Shown here piece after piece: positions 1 to 9,036 of a stretch of DNA of 64,000 nt. Source of the stretch: Leptospirillia bacterium (GTDB lineage: Bacteria; Nitrospirota; JACRHL01); NCBI GenBank assembly GCA_046754085.1, contig JBHHVE010000001.1, forward strand, positions 71,821-135,820. The letters are read 5' to 3'. A program made the position numbers and the translations under genes. Position 1 is the first letter of the stretch. Each line of letters opens with the position of its first letter. The notes under the pieces are model-generated. The model did not search any database, was not told the DNA's origin, and saw nothing but the letters and a program-made list of their open reading frames with translations.

Positions 1-952
1 GCTCTTCCACCTGGAGCCGGGCCAAAAAAAGGTGATTGGGGTCCGGGTTCTCCCGGTAGTACTCTTCCAGAATGGGATACCCGATCCGGCAGTTTTCGGC
101 TCCCATGAAATTGTTCCCCACCGAAACCGGCCGGTTCCCGTTGTCATAGAACACGGTGGCCGTCGGTTGGGTAACGAACAGGCATTCGATACCCCACTGT
201 TTGCACACGGCGCTGATGATGTTTCGGTTCTGGATGAGGCGTATGGCTGCACGGTGGATGTCCGCCTCCGAGGCGGGGTGTTGATCGACAAAGTCCGCCA
301 CGGTTTGTCCCGTGATGTGGAGAATCAGCCGGACCGTATAGAGCTTGGCCAACAGTTTCATCGCCATGTAGTGAAAGTCCAGTTTGGAAGCGACGGTGAG
401 CCGGTTGCTGAAGGCGCTGCGGTCCGGGAAGTGATGGAAAATGAAGTCATTGAGCCCGTCGATGAACACTGCGGCTTTGGGGGTTACCCCCTGTTCGAGC
501 AGGTTGAGAAAAAGAATCCGCTCGATGGTGCTGTAGTAGGCGGGAATCCCCAGGTTGTAGACGTTGTCCGTACCCAGTTTGGCACCGATATAGTAGGGGA
601 TGGTTTCATCATCGGCGGTGCCGTCACCAAACGTGGTGCTGCCACCGAAAATCAGAATGCTGTCGTTTCCGGGGGGCCATGGCTGTACGTTCCCGGAACG
701 GTACCGTTCCGGGAACACGTTGACGTAGCGGCCCTTGAACGGTGTGGTCGTGAACTCGACGAATGGGGCGTATTCCAGCGCGTTGGAACGGTTGAGTTCA
801 GCCAGTAGCCGGGTGGTTTTTTCAATATCCTGACCCGGATAGATGCGCCGCAACTCGTCCGTTGTGTGGGTGGGTTCATACTGGACGAATTTCAGGGCGA
901 TGGCGGAGCCCAACTCGACCAGCCCGGCCAGAAACACAACCCCAGCGAACAT
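1..952 (-). CDS. SGNH/GDSL-like hydrolase, N-terminal membrane anchor; partial (C-terminus lies left of the window)
   Basis: The reverse-complement translation reads without a stop from the putative ATG at 952 to position 1: MFAGVVFLAGLVELGSAIALKFVQYEPT...ILIFGGSTTFGDG...QPTATVFYDNGNRPV. The GGSTTFGDG block resembles SGNH block I. The listed + ORF 32-808 is its antisense shadow. The gene has no stop inside the window, so it is absent from the ORF track. Confidence 0.45.
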   Translation of the reverse strand, partial: MFAGVVFLAGLVELGSAIALKFVQYEPTHTTDELRRIYPGQDIEKTTRLLAELNRSNALEYAPFVEFTTTPFKGRYVNVFPERYRSGNVQPWPPGNDSILIFGGSTTFGDGTADDETIPYYIGAKLGTDNVYNLGIPAYYSTIERILFLNLLEQGVTPKAAVFIDGLNDFIFHHFPDRSAFSNRLTVASKLDFHYMAMKLLAKLYTVRLILHITGQTVADFVDQHPASEADIHRAAIRLIQNRNIISAVCKQWGIECLFVTQPTATVFYDNGNRPVSVGNNFMGAENCRIGYPILEEYYRENPDPNHLFLARLQVEE

Positions 953-1102
953 GACGACCCCCTGGAACAGGCGTTTTTCCAGTTTGGGTTTCAGCGCTTG
1001 GATTCGTATGCGGACCAAAAATTCACCATGTCGCGGTCGCCACCGGCTGTCGGACCGCTACTCTGTTCGTTGTCGGCCAAGGGCGGCGAACGGAACAATG
1101 AG

Positions 1103-2971
1103 TCAAACAGCCCCCAGGTTTTGTTCTGCCAGCCCCAGGATTATAAGCGAATAGAGGCGGGCCCCATTACGGTACCCTGACATATGCCCATCGATCAGCC
1201 GCTCAACCGCCCCGGGCCGCAGCCAGGGGGATAGTCTGGGGGTGGCCGCTATCGCGCGCCGGCCCCGGTCGGCGCGCAGCCAGTCGTCCATGGGAATTGA
1301 GAACCCCTGCTTGCGGTTGAGGTCCAGGGTTTTCGGCAGCCATTTTTGTGCTATCCGCATTTCTAGGCGGCGGTATTCACCACCCGATACTTTCCAGTGG
1401 GAAGGGACCGCTCCGAAGCAGTATTCGATCAGGTGGTGATCCAGAAACGGAACCCGCATTTCCAGGCTGTGGGCCATGCTGGCCCGATCGATTTTGACCA
1501 GAAAATCGTCGGCGAGGGTGGTGGAGAAATCGGCCCGCGTCATGCCGTCCACGATATCCCGCCCGGTATCGATCAGCGACGCGATGCCGCGCTCGGGCGC
1601 GAACAGGTCGGGCCCGAGTTCCGCTAGGCAGTCCGGGTGCAACAGGCGCTGTCGCAGCCCCATCCCGAAAAAGGGGGTTCCCCAGGCGGTTTGGTGGCGC
1701 GGGCCGCCATACAAGGAGGCGGCCCGGTTCCTGCCGCGGATCCCGGCGGGCAGCATCGCCGCCATGCGCGCCACGAGGCGCAGGAACGGACCGGGCAGAA
1801 ACCGCATCCGGGCTTGGTCCCTCAAAGCATTCCTGTAGGTGGCATAGCCGCCGAACAGTTCGTCTCCCCCGTCGCCGCCCAGGGCGACGGTGACGTGGGA
1901 GCGGACCAGTTTCGAAACGATAAAGGTCGGGAGCAGGGACGAATCCGCCAGTGGCTCGTCCACGAACGGGGCGATGTCATCCAGCGTATCGAGCGCCCCG
2001 GCATCCACCGCCAACTCATGGTGTTCGGTACCGAAGTGTTCCGCCACAACGCGGGCGTGATGGGATTCATCGTAGGGGGTGCCCGGGTTGGCGATGGTGA
2101 AGGTCTTCACCGGCTTGCCCTGCGCCTGTGCCGCCATGGCCACCACCAGGCTGGAGTCGAGGCCGCCACTCAGGAGCACCCCCAGGGGGACGTCACTTAC
2201 CAGCCGCGTCCGCACCGCGTCCTGCAGCAGCCGTTCCACGTCGTTCAGCAGCGTCTCCGGGTCGATGTCGGCGTCCGGGCGGTTTTCCGGTGGCTGCCAA
2301 TAGCGCCGGATGGAGAGTGAAAAATCACTCAGATCGAGGCGCGCGACATGGGCCGGGGGCAGCTTGCGCACCCCCTGTATGATGCAGCGCTCTCCCGGAA
2401 CGTATCCCAATGCCAGATAGTGGTTCAGGGCGTGAAGGTCAAAATCCCGCGAGATGTCCGGCAGGGCTTTCAACTCGGAGGCGAAGCGAAAGCCCGCGCG
2501 GTCGTGGGTGTAGTAGAGGGGCTTTTCCCCGGCCCGGTCCCGGGCCAGGAACAGGGAGGGGGGCGTTAGCCCGTTGCCCTGATCGTAGACCGCGAACGCG
2601 AACATACCGTTCAGCCGGGTGACACACTGATCCCCCCATTCCCGGTAGGCCGCCAGCACGACCTCGCTGTCGGCGCGGCTGCGAAAGGTGTGGCCGAGCC
2701 CGGCAAGCTCCACACGCAGTTCCTGAAAGTTGTAGATTTCGCCGTTGTAAGTGAGCGCCAGACGTTTATCGTCACTCACCATGGGCTGCTCCCCCAGCGG
2801 GGACAGGTCGATGACGGCAAGACGGCGATGGGCCAGGCCCACCCGGCGGTCCGTGGAAAACCACAGGCCGTTCGCATCCGGACCCCGATGGCGCAAGCGG
2901 TTCGCAGCCGCCTTCAATTGCGCCGGGTCCACCGCGTCACGGGGTTGGCAGATGCCGATAATTCCACACAT
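1103..2971 (-). CDS. asnB: Asparagine synthase (glutamine-hydrolysing), class-II amidotransferase; AsnB/WbpS-type enzyme typical of polysaccharide clusters
   Basis: The N-terminus MCGIIGI carries the catalytic Cys2 of the Ntn amidotransferase domain. The synthetase domain has the SGGLDSS PP-loop. Length is 622 aa. Confidence 0.9.
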   Translation of the reverse strand: MCGIIGICQPRDAVDPAQLKAAANRLRHRGPDANGLWFSTDRRVGLAHRRLAVIDLSPLGEQPMVSDDKRLALTYNGEIYNFQELRVELAGLGHTFRSRADSEVVLAAYREWGDQCVTRLNGMFAFAVYDQGNGLTPPSLFLARDRAGEKPLYYTHDRAGFRFASELKALPDISRDFDLHALNHYLALGYVPGERCIIQGVRKLPPAHVARLDLSDFSLSIRRYWQPPENRPDADIDPETLLNDVERLLQDAVRTRLVSDVPLGVLLSGGLDSSLVVAMAAQAQGKPVKTFTIANPGTPYDESHHARVVAEHFGTEHHELAVDAGALDTLDDIAPFVDEPLADSSLLPTFIVSKLVRSHVTVALGGDGGDELFGGYATYRNALRDQARMRFLPGPFLRLVARMAAMLPAGIRGRNRAASLYGGPRHQTAWGTPFFGMGLRQRLLHPDCLAELGPDLFAPERGIASLIDTGRDIVDGMTRADFSTTLADDFLVKIDRASMAHSLEMRVPFLDHHLIEYCFGAVPSHWKVSGGEYRRLEMRIAQKWLPKTLDLNRKQGFSIPMDDWLRADRGRRAIAATPRLSPWLRPGAVERLIDGHMSGYRNGARLYSLIILGLAEQNLGAV

Positions 2972-2998
2972 ATAATTGGTTTGCGCGCCCCGGTGAGA

Positions 2999-4207
2999 CT
3001 ACCCGACGGTGAACGCTTCGGCGTTCGCCTTTGCGGGGTCGCGGAGCACGGACAGCAGCATGGCCACGCGCCGTTCCCAGGTATGGTCCGAGGCGGCGCG
3101 CTGCCTGCCGCGTGTGGCGATGGCCTCCCGTTCCGCGTCGTTGGCAAGGTAGTGGCGCGCAAGCCGCACACAGTCGTCAATCGTGCGGTAGGTGACAATT
3201 TCCGAGCCGACTTTGTAGAGCCGGTGCAGGTCGGGGTTGTCGTGGGTCATATAGAGGCTGCCGCTCATGGGCCCGTCGAAATCCCTCAGCTTGAGGGCGT
3301 AGAAATCCTCGCAGTGGCCGATGGTGCCGAGCCCGAGTACGATTTTGGACTGTGCGAACAGTGCGGGCACACGGGCGGTTTCCAAGTGCCCGGCTTCCCA
3401 CCCGGTGCCGTGTGCCTGAACCTGGATGCCCGCACGCCGCAACGCCAGTACCAGTGCTTCCCTAATTCCGTAACGGGCGCCGACAAAGCAGACATCGTAT
3501 TGTTTTTCGCGTTCGGAATCCGGGTAAAAGAGGTTCGGGTCGCTCGCTTCCGGAAAGAACAGGGCGGGGCAGCCTTCCTTGCGGTACCAGTCGGCGCATT
3601 CCGGCGCGGCGGTTAGGGCCAGATCCAGGTGGGGAATCAGTCCGTGGGTGCCACCCCACACACCGTCTATCGGCTGGCCCCAATACTGGTGGCGGTCGTC
3701 CATGGCGATGTTGACGATCACGGTGCCATAGCGGGTGCGAATATCGGCCAGTGCTTGGGGGTCGATGAAGTCAGCCCAGGTCTGGGCAAGAATCAGGTCT
3801 GGCGGGCGGGAATTGGCGGCAAGTTCCGCCACCATTTCCAGCAGCCGCTCGGTATTGCTTTGTCGGCGAATGGATCTTGGTCCAGGGTGGTTTTGCCCGT
3901 AGCTGCCGTCCTTGCGGGTGAAGCAGGTGACGGTGCAGTACGCCTCAAGGGCCTGAATCAAACCGCTTCGATCCTGGGCCTCATCGGTGCCGAGAAAGAA
4001 GATATGAGGCGGGCCTTTTTCGGCCTCCAGTCTCGCGGCCCGCTGCCCGAGCCGCCCGATCAGCATCTGTTTGAACGGCAGCGGCTCCGGTCGACCCTGG
4101 TAGTGGCGGACCGTGGCGTGATAGGCCCGCACCGTTTTTTTGGCCTTGAGCCCGCGGTTGAGGGCATAAAAAAGCGGGATTCGCCGCAGGACGTTGCGAA
4201 TGCTCAC
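2999..4207 (-). CDS. Glycosyltransferase, family-1-like (CgeB-type C-terminal GT domain)
   Basis: 402 aa. The C-terminal region (GARYGIREALVLALRRAGIQVQAHGTGW...LGLGTIGHCEDFYALKLRDFDGPMSGSLYMTHDN) resembles the CgeB/Glyco_trans_1_2 family. Its stop overlaps the downstream FkbM start in an ATGA arrangement. Confidence 0.5.
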   Translation of the reverse strand: MSIRNVLRRIPLFYALNRGLKAKKTVRAYHATVRHYQGRPEPLPFKQMLIGRLGQRAARLEAEKGPPHIFFLGTDEAQDRSGLIQALEAYCTVTCFTRKDGSYGQNHPGPRSIRRQSNTERLLEMVAELAANSRPPDLILAQTWADFIDPQALADIRTRYGTVIVNIAMDDRHQYWGQPIDGVWGGTHGLIPHLDLALTAAPECADWYRKEGCPALFFPEASDPNLFYPDSEREKQYDVCFVGARYGIREALVLALRRAGIQVQAHGTGWEAGHLETARVPALFAQSKIVLGLGTIGHCEDFYALKLRDFDGPMSGSLYMTHDNPDLHRLYKVGSEIVTYRTIDDCVRLARHYLANDAEREAIATRGRQRAASDHTWERRVAMLLSVLRDPAKANAEAFTVG

Positions 4208-5079
4208 CCCGGGATGCTCTGTGCCGTTGCGAAGAGGAGGTCTTTGTAGGTCTGGTTGGCCAGCTCGATATTGTGCTCCCAGCGGGAAAGCCCTCCGTCG
4301 GCATCCAGCACGTAGATGTCGTAGCCTTGGCTGACAAGCAGGCGCGCGGCTTCCAGAGAGCCGTCCGTACCGGTCTCCATGAGGATTTTCGGGCGCCGTT
4401 CGGCGATGGTTTCGGCCAGACCCCGAACGACCGGTAACTCGAAATTTTCGGCGTCGATCTTGATCACGTCGGGGTGGATGTTCCGCTCCGCCAGCAGCCC
4501 GTCAAGGCGAACCATCCCCACCTTTACCTTTCCCTTCATTTGACCGGTGAGCACGTCGGGCATGCGGGATTCGTCCGACAAGGTGTTCCAGGCGGCATAC
4601 CGCAGGCCAAAGTCGGTGATCTCCAGTTCGCCATCCGTATCCCCCACCCCCAGGTTCAGCGCGGTGATGTTGTCCCGTGTCCGGGTGTTTTTCTCCAGCA
4701 CGCGAAATGTGGAGGGGGTTGGCTCGAAGGAGACCACGTGCCCCCGGTCACCGGCGAGGTGTGAAAACAGCAGCGAAAAATAGCCAAAGTGGGCCCCCAC
4801 GTCCAGAACCGTATCACCGTCCTTTACCGCGTGGATCGCGAGCCGTGTTACCGTTTCGTCAAAGAACCCGTAGGTATAGAGGGTCTCGGAAATCACCTCG
4901 GGCAGGACCACGGTCATGGGATCGCCGAAGAACAACCGGGTGTGGTATTCCCGGCCGTGTCCGCCCAAGCGGGAGGCCAGGCGCATCATAAACTTGTGCG
5001 CTCCCGGATCCATCAGTTTGGCCAGGGGCGGTTGATGCATACGGCGCGACGCGGTATTCAGGGCCTCCAGGGTGTTCAT
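4204..5079 (-). CDS. FkbM-family SAM-dependent methyltransferase
   Basis: 291 aa with the VLDVGAHFGYFS SAM-binding motif and the overall FkbM pattern. Coupled by a 4-nt overlap to both neighbours. Confidence 0.8.
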   Translation of the reverse strand: MNTLEALNTASRRMHQPPLAKLMDPGAHKFMMRLASRLGGHGREYHTRLFFGDPMTVVLPEVISETLYTYGFFDETVTRLAIHAVKDGDTVLDVGAHFGYFSLLFSHLAGDRGHVVSFEPTPSTFRVLEKNTRTRDNITALNLGVGDTDGELEITDFGLRYAAWNTLSDESRMPDVLTGQMKGKVKVGMVRLDGLLAERNIHPDVIKIDAENFELPVVRGLAETIAERRPKILMETGTDGSLEAARLLVSQGYDIYVLDADGGLSRWEHNIELANQTYKDLLFATAQSIPG

Positions 5080-5879
5080 GTGTTCACCGCGCTCCGGAGC
5101 GGCTTTTCCAACACGTACATGCCAAGACCGAAGTCGAGCCCGCCGCCGTCTCCGATGCGGGCCTGGTGGGGTTGAACGTCCATTTGTACCTGTCCCAACT
5201 CATCCACCATAGCCATTTCAACCAGCTTCAAATCCGGAAACAGGTCCAGTGCATCCTCCGCCTGAAAGATGCGTTGACCATTAAACTGGACACGGGTTGT
5301 CCCCATTGGCAAAGAGACATACAGGCGACCGCCGGGGGCCAGCACACGCACGAGTTCGACTCCCGCCTTGCGGGACCCCTGCGGGTCGATGGGGTCGCCG
5401 TACCGGCCCAGGCCGATGTGTTCGATCACGTGCATGCTCGAAAGTGAGTTTACTGAATCGTCCGCAAACGGCAATTGCAGAATGGAACCGGACACCCCGG
5501 AAAAGCCATTCAGGGTCACGGCTGCCGGGCGGATGTCGATAAACGCCAGGGGGCATACCGTGGTGAGCATGCCGACGAAACGCACATCCGATCCCACGTC
5601 CACATGAAACGAAGGTCCCGCGTCCTGAATCTTTTTAAATGCCCACACCGCCTGGTAGAAGTAGTGGGAATCGACCCCGGTGCGGGTGGTCCGGTCGAAC
5701 AGGCAGGGGTGGAAATCCCTGGCCCTTGCTTTGCCTCCCGCGGCTCGGAAGCGGAACCAGTCTTTGACAAACCCGGCATATCGAAAGGGCGCACGAAAGG
5801 GACGGGTCTCAAGCATCGGTCCCGCCATGCGCAGCAGCCAGAGGGCGAGCCGCTTGGCCCATGGCCGCGCTTTGACCAT
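5076..5879 (-). CDS. Class I SAM-dependent methyltransferase (DUF268/Methyltransf_11-like)
   Basis: The listed ORF 5076-6206 has a ~109-aa low-complexity R/P/H-rich N-terminal extension that overlaps the upstream carbamoyltransferase. An internal Met at 5879 (MVKARPW...) lies just after the upstream stop at 5918 and is the likely true start. The body carries a VDVGSD...LPFADDSVNSLSSMHVIEHI methyltransferase core. Confidence 0.65.
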   Translation of the reverse strand: MVKARPWAKRLALWLLRMAGPMLETRPFRAPFRYAGFVKDWFRFRAAGGKARARDFHPCLFDRTTRTGVDSHYFYQAVWAFKKIQDAGPSFHVDVGSDVRFVGMLTTVCPLAFIDIRPAAVTLNGFSGVSGSILQLPFADDSVNSLSSMHVIEHIGLGRYGDPIDPQGSRKAGVELVRVLAPGGRLYVSLPMGTTRVQFNGQRIFQAEDALDLFPDLKLVEMAMVDELGQVQMDVQPHQARIGDGGGLDFGLGMYVLEKPLRSAVNT

Positions 5880-5917
5880 CTCTTTCAGGCGGGTTGCGGC
5901 ATTGGCGGCGGGGTGGG

Positions 5918-7660
5918 TCACGTTTTTTCCAAAAGGTACGGCCCCAGGGCAAGGTGGGTCAGGCCCGACAGATCCACCGTGCGGATGGCGTCTTCCGGGG
6001 TGCAGACGTTGGGCTCGCCGTGCAGGTTGAAACTGGTGTTGAGCACTCCGCCGATGCCGGTGTGGCTCTTGAAGGTGGAGATGATCTCGTAATAGTCGGG
6101 GTTCCACGCCTTGAGCACGGTTTGCGGGCGAACGGTGTGATCCCGGGGGTGAATGGCCGCGGCAAGGTCTTTTCGGGCCTCCTCGGTGCTCCGGAAGGTG
6201 ATGCACATGTAGGGGGCAAACAGCTTTTCCCAGTTCACGATGTAGCGAGGCAGGTCCACATCGAGAATGCTGGGTGTGAACGGCATCCAGAAATCGCGGC
6301 TCTTGATGGCATCGTTGATCAGCCGCAGGTTGTCGAAGTTGCTCGGATTGGCCAGAATCGAGCGGTTGCCCAAGGCCCGGGCACCGAATTCCATGGGTCC
6401 GCTGCAGCGGGCAACCACGATGTCCTGCGCGAGCAGACGGCCAATTTCGGAGTTGATGCTGTCCGGGCGGGAAACCTGATACCGGTCTTTTGCGCCGGCG
6501 TCCCGGATGGCCTTTTCGATGGCGTCTTCACCGAAATCCATGCCCAGATACAGGTCCTGCAGCGGCGCCACCGGGATATTGGGGGCGTGTTGGACGTTGC
6601 CCCATACCGCGGCGCCGATGGCACAGCTTTCATCGGCCGCGGAAGGCGTGACGTACAGTTTTTCAATGCGCTCCGACTCTGCGAGCAACTGGCATGCCTT
6701 GACGTTCATGAACACCCCGCCCGCAAGGGCGACATTGGCGCACCCGGTATGTTCGACCCAGTGGTGGACCCACTGCAGCACCAGGGATTCAGTCAATTCC
6801 TGAATGGCTCCGGCAACGTTGTCGAAGCGCTGGAAGCGATAGATTTTCTCCAACGCTTCCGGCAGTGCGGAGGGGGTGACCCGGCTCCGCCAGCGGCCAT
6901 TCTCATCCACCCGGATCAGGCCCTTGAGCTTTTTGACGAGGGGGGCGTAGTACCGGGATTTTGCATAAGGAGCCAGCCCCATGACCTTGAATTCGTGTTC
7001 GCCCCCCTTCATGCCCAACAGTTCGGTGGTCGTGGTGTAGTAGTGACCCAGGGAATTCTGCTGGGGGTCGCGACACAGTTCGGTAATTCTGCCGTCCTCC
7101 ATCAGGCTGACGGTGGCCGATATCGCATCGCCCTGGCCGTCCAGGGTGAAGATCAGTGCCCGCTCCCATTCCTGCACATTGGGGAGGGTGCTGTAGGTGT
7201 GGGAGGTGTGGTGGTCCATGGTCACCACCCGGTCCTGGGGCATGCCGAGGCAGTTGGAAAAGTGATCAAGCATTTCCTGCCGCAACGCCGCGCCCTGCTC
7301 TCGAGCCTTCATCCGGCGTTGGCTCAGCGCCCAGCCCATGTGAGTCTTCAACAGCATGGCGCGGAGACCGGTGGCCTGCCATTCGGGGTCCAGATGGTGA
7401 CCATATTGATACGGCTTGAAACCCCGGTTTTTCAGATGCAGATACCCGAATGGGGAATTCTGATACAGCACGGCCAGGTCAATCTGCTCCGGGGGGAGAA
7501 TGTGATCGTGGATATGGCGAATGGTTAATTCCGGAAAGCCGGTGCTGTTCTTGATCCGGTTGAGCCGTTCCTCACTCTGGCAGAACGTAATGTGCCCGTC
7601 CTGAATCAGGCAGACAGTGGCGTTGTGACCATATGCGATGCCGAGAATGTTCAAGGTCAT
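5918..7660 (-). CDS. Carbamoyltransferase, NodU/CmcH family
   Basis: 580 aa. The N-terminus ILGIAYGHNATVCLIQDG matches the ASKHA-like domain of NodU/NovN. The C-terminal carbamoyltransferase domain carries GPMEFGARALGNRSILANP. The start overlaps the flippase stop in an ATGA arrangement. Confidence 0.85.
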   Translation of the reverse strand: MTLNILGIAYGHNATVCLIQDGHITFCQSEERLNRIKNSTGFPELTIRHIHDHILPPEQIDLAVLYQNSPFGYLHLKNRGFKPYQYGHHLDPEWQATGLRAMLLKTHMGWALSQRRMKAREQGAALRQEMLDHFSNCLGMPQDRVVTMDHHTSHTYSTLPNVQEWERALIFTLDGQGDAISATVSLMEDGRITELCRDPQQNSLGHYYTTTTELLGMKGGEHEFKVMGLAPYAKSRYYAPLVKKLKGLIRVDENGRWRSRVTPSALPEALEKIYRFQRFDNVAGAIQELTESLVLQWVHHWVEHTGCANVALAGGVFMNVKACQLLAESERIEKLYVTPSAADESCAIGAAVWGNVQHAPNIPVAPLQDLYLGMDFGEDAIEKAIRDAGAKDRYQVSRPDSINSEIGRLLAQDIVVARCSGPMEFGARALGNRSILANPSNFDNLRLINDAIKSRDFWMPFTPSILDVDLPRYIVNWEKLFAPYMCITFRSTEEARKDLAAAIHPRDHTVRPQTVLKAWNPDYYEIISTFKSHTGIGGVLNTSFNLHGEPNVCTPEDAIRTVDLSGLTHLALGPYLLEKT

Positions 7661-9036
7661 GTCCTATGGAGTTGGCGAACCAGTTGCCGGTTGGTGATCA
7701 AAATGGCGCCGATGTATACCGTTGATGCGGCGGCGTATGCCATTGCAACACCGTTTATGCCGTATGTGGGCGCCATCACAAGGGCCAGGGTGACGAACAG
7801 CACGCCATGGATCAGCTTGGGCACAAAGATCATGCCCGGTTGCCGATGACACTCGGCCCGCATGGCGAGTAGCTGCCCAACCCAGAACAGTGCGGTCGCA
7901 GCAGTAAGTACCCAAAGGACATCCGCATGGCGAGCAAACTCAACAGTGGTGAAAAAGGTAACGATTCGAGGTCCGAAAGCGAAGCACGATAATACGACAG
8001 GAAGGCAAGCGGTTCCAAATCCCAGTATGGCGATACACAGCACCCGGTAGCTTTCCCGATCCTGTTCCGGGGACGTCATGTCCCCGGCCTTTTGATAAAT
8101 CACCGGCAGCAGGAACTGGTTGAGCACGCTGATCATCAAGGTAATGGGGGCCACCGCGATCTGAAGCAGGGCGGCGTAGAGCCCTACCTCGTATTCACCG
8201 AACAGGCTTTGAAGTACCCAGCGATCAGCATAGGTGCTCAGGATCGCCGGCACCGCAAGGAGGGTAAAACCCCCCGCATACCGCAGAAAAGAGCGGTAGT
8301 CCTCCGGAGTCGGTACGGCGGTTCGACGGTCTTTGATCATCCCCGCAAGTTCAGGGTTCCGGCGGGCGAGAAGCAGATGGGAGAAGACCACAACGGTGGT
8401 GCCCAGCAGATAGCCGGCCAGTGCGGCTTCCGGCGCGTGCCACAGCAACGCCACCGCCGCAACGGCGATCAGTGTTCGCAACCAAGCGTCACCGGCCTGA
8501 TGAATGGCGACCACCCGGCGCGCTTTCATGGCCAGCCGGAATGCGTTGAAAGAGGTATACCATCCGGTGACAACGGTCAGTCCCACGGCGAGGCCCACCA
8601 CTCCCCACCACCCGCTTTCACTCCCCTTGGGAACCAGGAACAGAATGGCCCCACCGGTCACCAGTACGATAGACAGCGCGCCTTGATGAATGCGGGAAAG
8701 AATAGCCAGATAGCGGCCAAGGGTTCGTTGTTCGTGATAGATCGTGTAGTGGCGCAGGACCCCTTGCCCCAGCGGACCGTAGATGAGCAGATTGAACGCC
8801 CCGGAAATCGTCAGTGCAAGTGCCAGCCTGCCGTACCCCTCGGGGCCAAGCAGGTGGGTCAGCAGTTTGATGCCCACCAGGGCCCCGACAAACGCAAGCC
8901 CCTGTCCGGCGGTCACCCAGAGCAGGTCGCCACTGTTTGCGCGCAGCCGCTGGATCAGCAATTGGAGTCGCCGTGCCGGAGTGAATGGATACGGGAAAGG
9001 GCCGGTGTAATGGACATCAGCCGACCGCAAGCCCAA
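7657..9036 (-). CDS. Polysaccharide flippase, Wzx-like (MOP superfamily)
   Basis: 459 aa and highly hydrophobic, with about 12 predicted TM segments. Its position inside the Wzz/carbamoyltransferase operon supports the call. Confidence 0.7.
   Translation of the reverse strand: MGLRSADVHYTGPFPYPFTPARRLQLLIQRLRANSGDLLWVTAGQGLAFVGALVGIKLLTHLLGPEGYGRLALALTISGAFNLLIYGPLGQGVLRHYTIYHEQRTLGRYLAILSRIHQGALSIVLVTGGAILFLVPKGSESGWWGVVGLAVGLTVVTGWYTSFNAFRLAMKARRVVAIHQAGDAWLRTLIAVAAVALLWHAPEAALAGYLLGTTVVVFSHLLLARRNPELAGMIKDRRTAVPTPEDYRSFLRYAGGFTLLAVPAILSTYADRWVLQSLFGEYEVGLYAALLQIAVAPITLMISVLNQFLLPVIYQKAGDMTSPEQDRESYRVLCIAILGFGTACLPVVLSCFAFGPRIVTFFTTVEFARHADVLWVLTAATALFWVGQLLAMRAECHRQPGMIFVPKLIHGVLFVTLALVMAPTYGINGVAMAYAAASTVYIGAILITNRQLVRQLHRT

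Noticed and set aside
32-808. 258-aa + strand ORF at the window start
   Set aside because: It is an antisense shadow of the minus-strand SGNH-hydrolase gene. The reverse strand here translates into a coherent protein with a GGSTTFGDG block and an N-terminal TM helix. The + ORF has no motifs and an Arg/Gly/Val-rich composition typical of antisense frames in high-GC DNA.
5880-6206. N-terminal 109 codons of listed ORF 5076-6206
   Set aside because: This is a low-complexity R/P/H-rich extension that overlaps the upstream carbamoyltransferase gene. The in-frame Met at 5879 gives a normal methyltransferase start, so the extension is rejected as non-coding read-through of the ORF finder.
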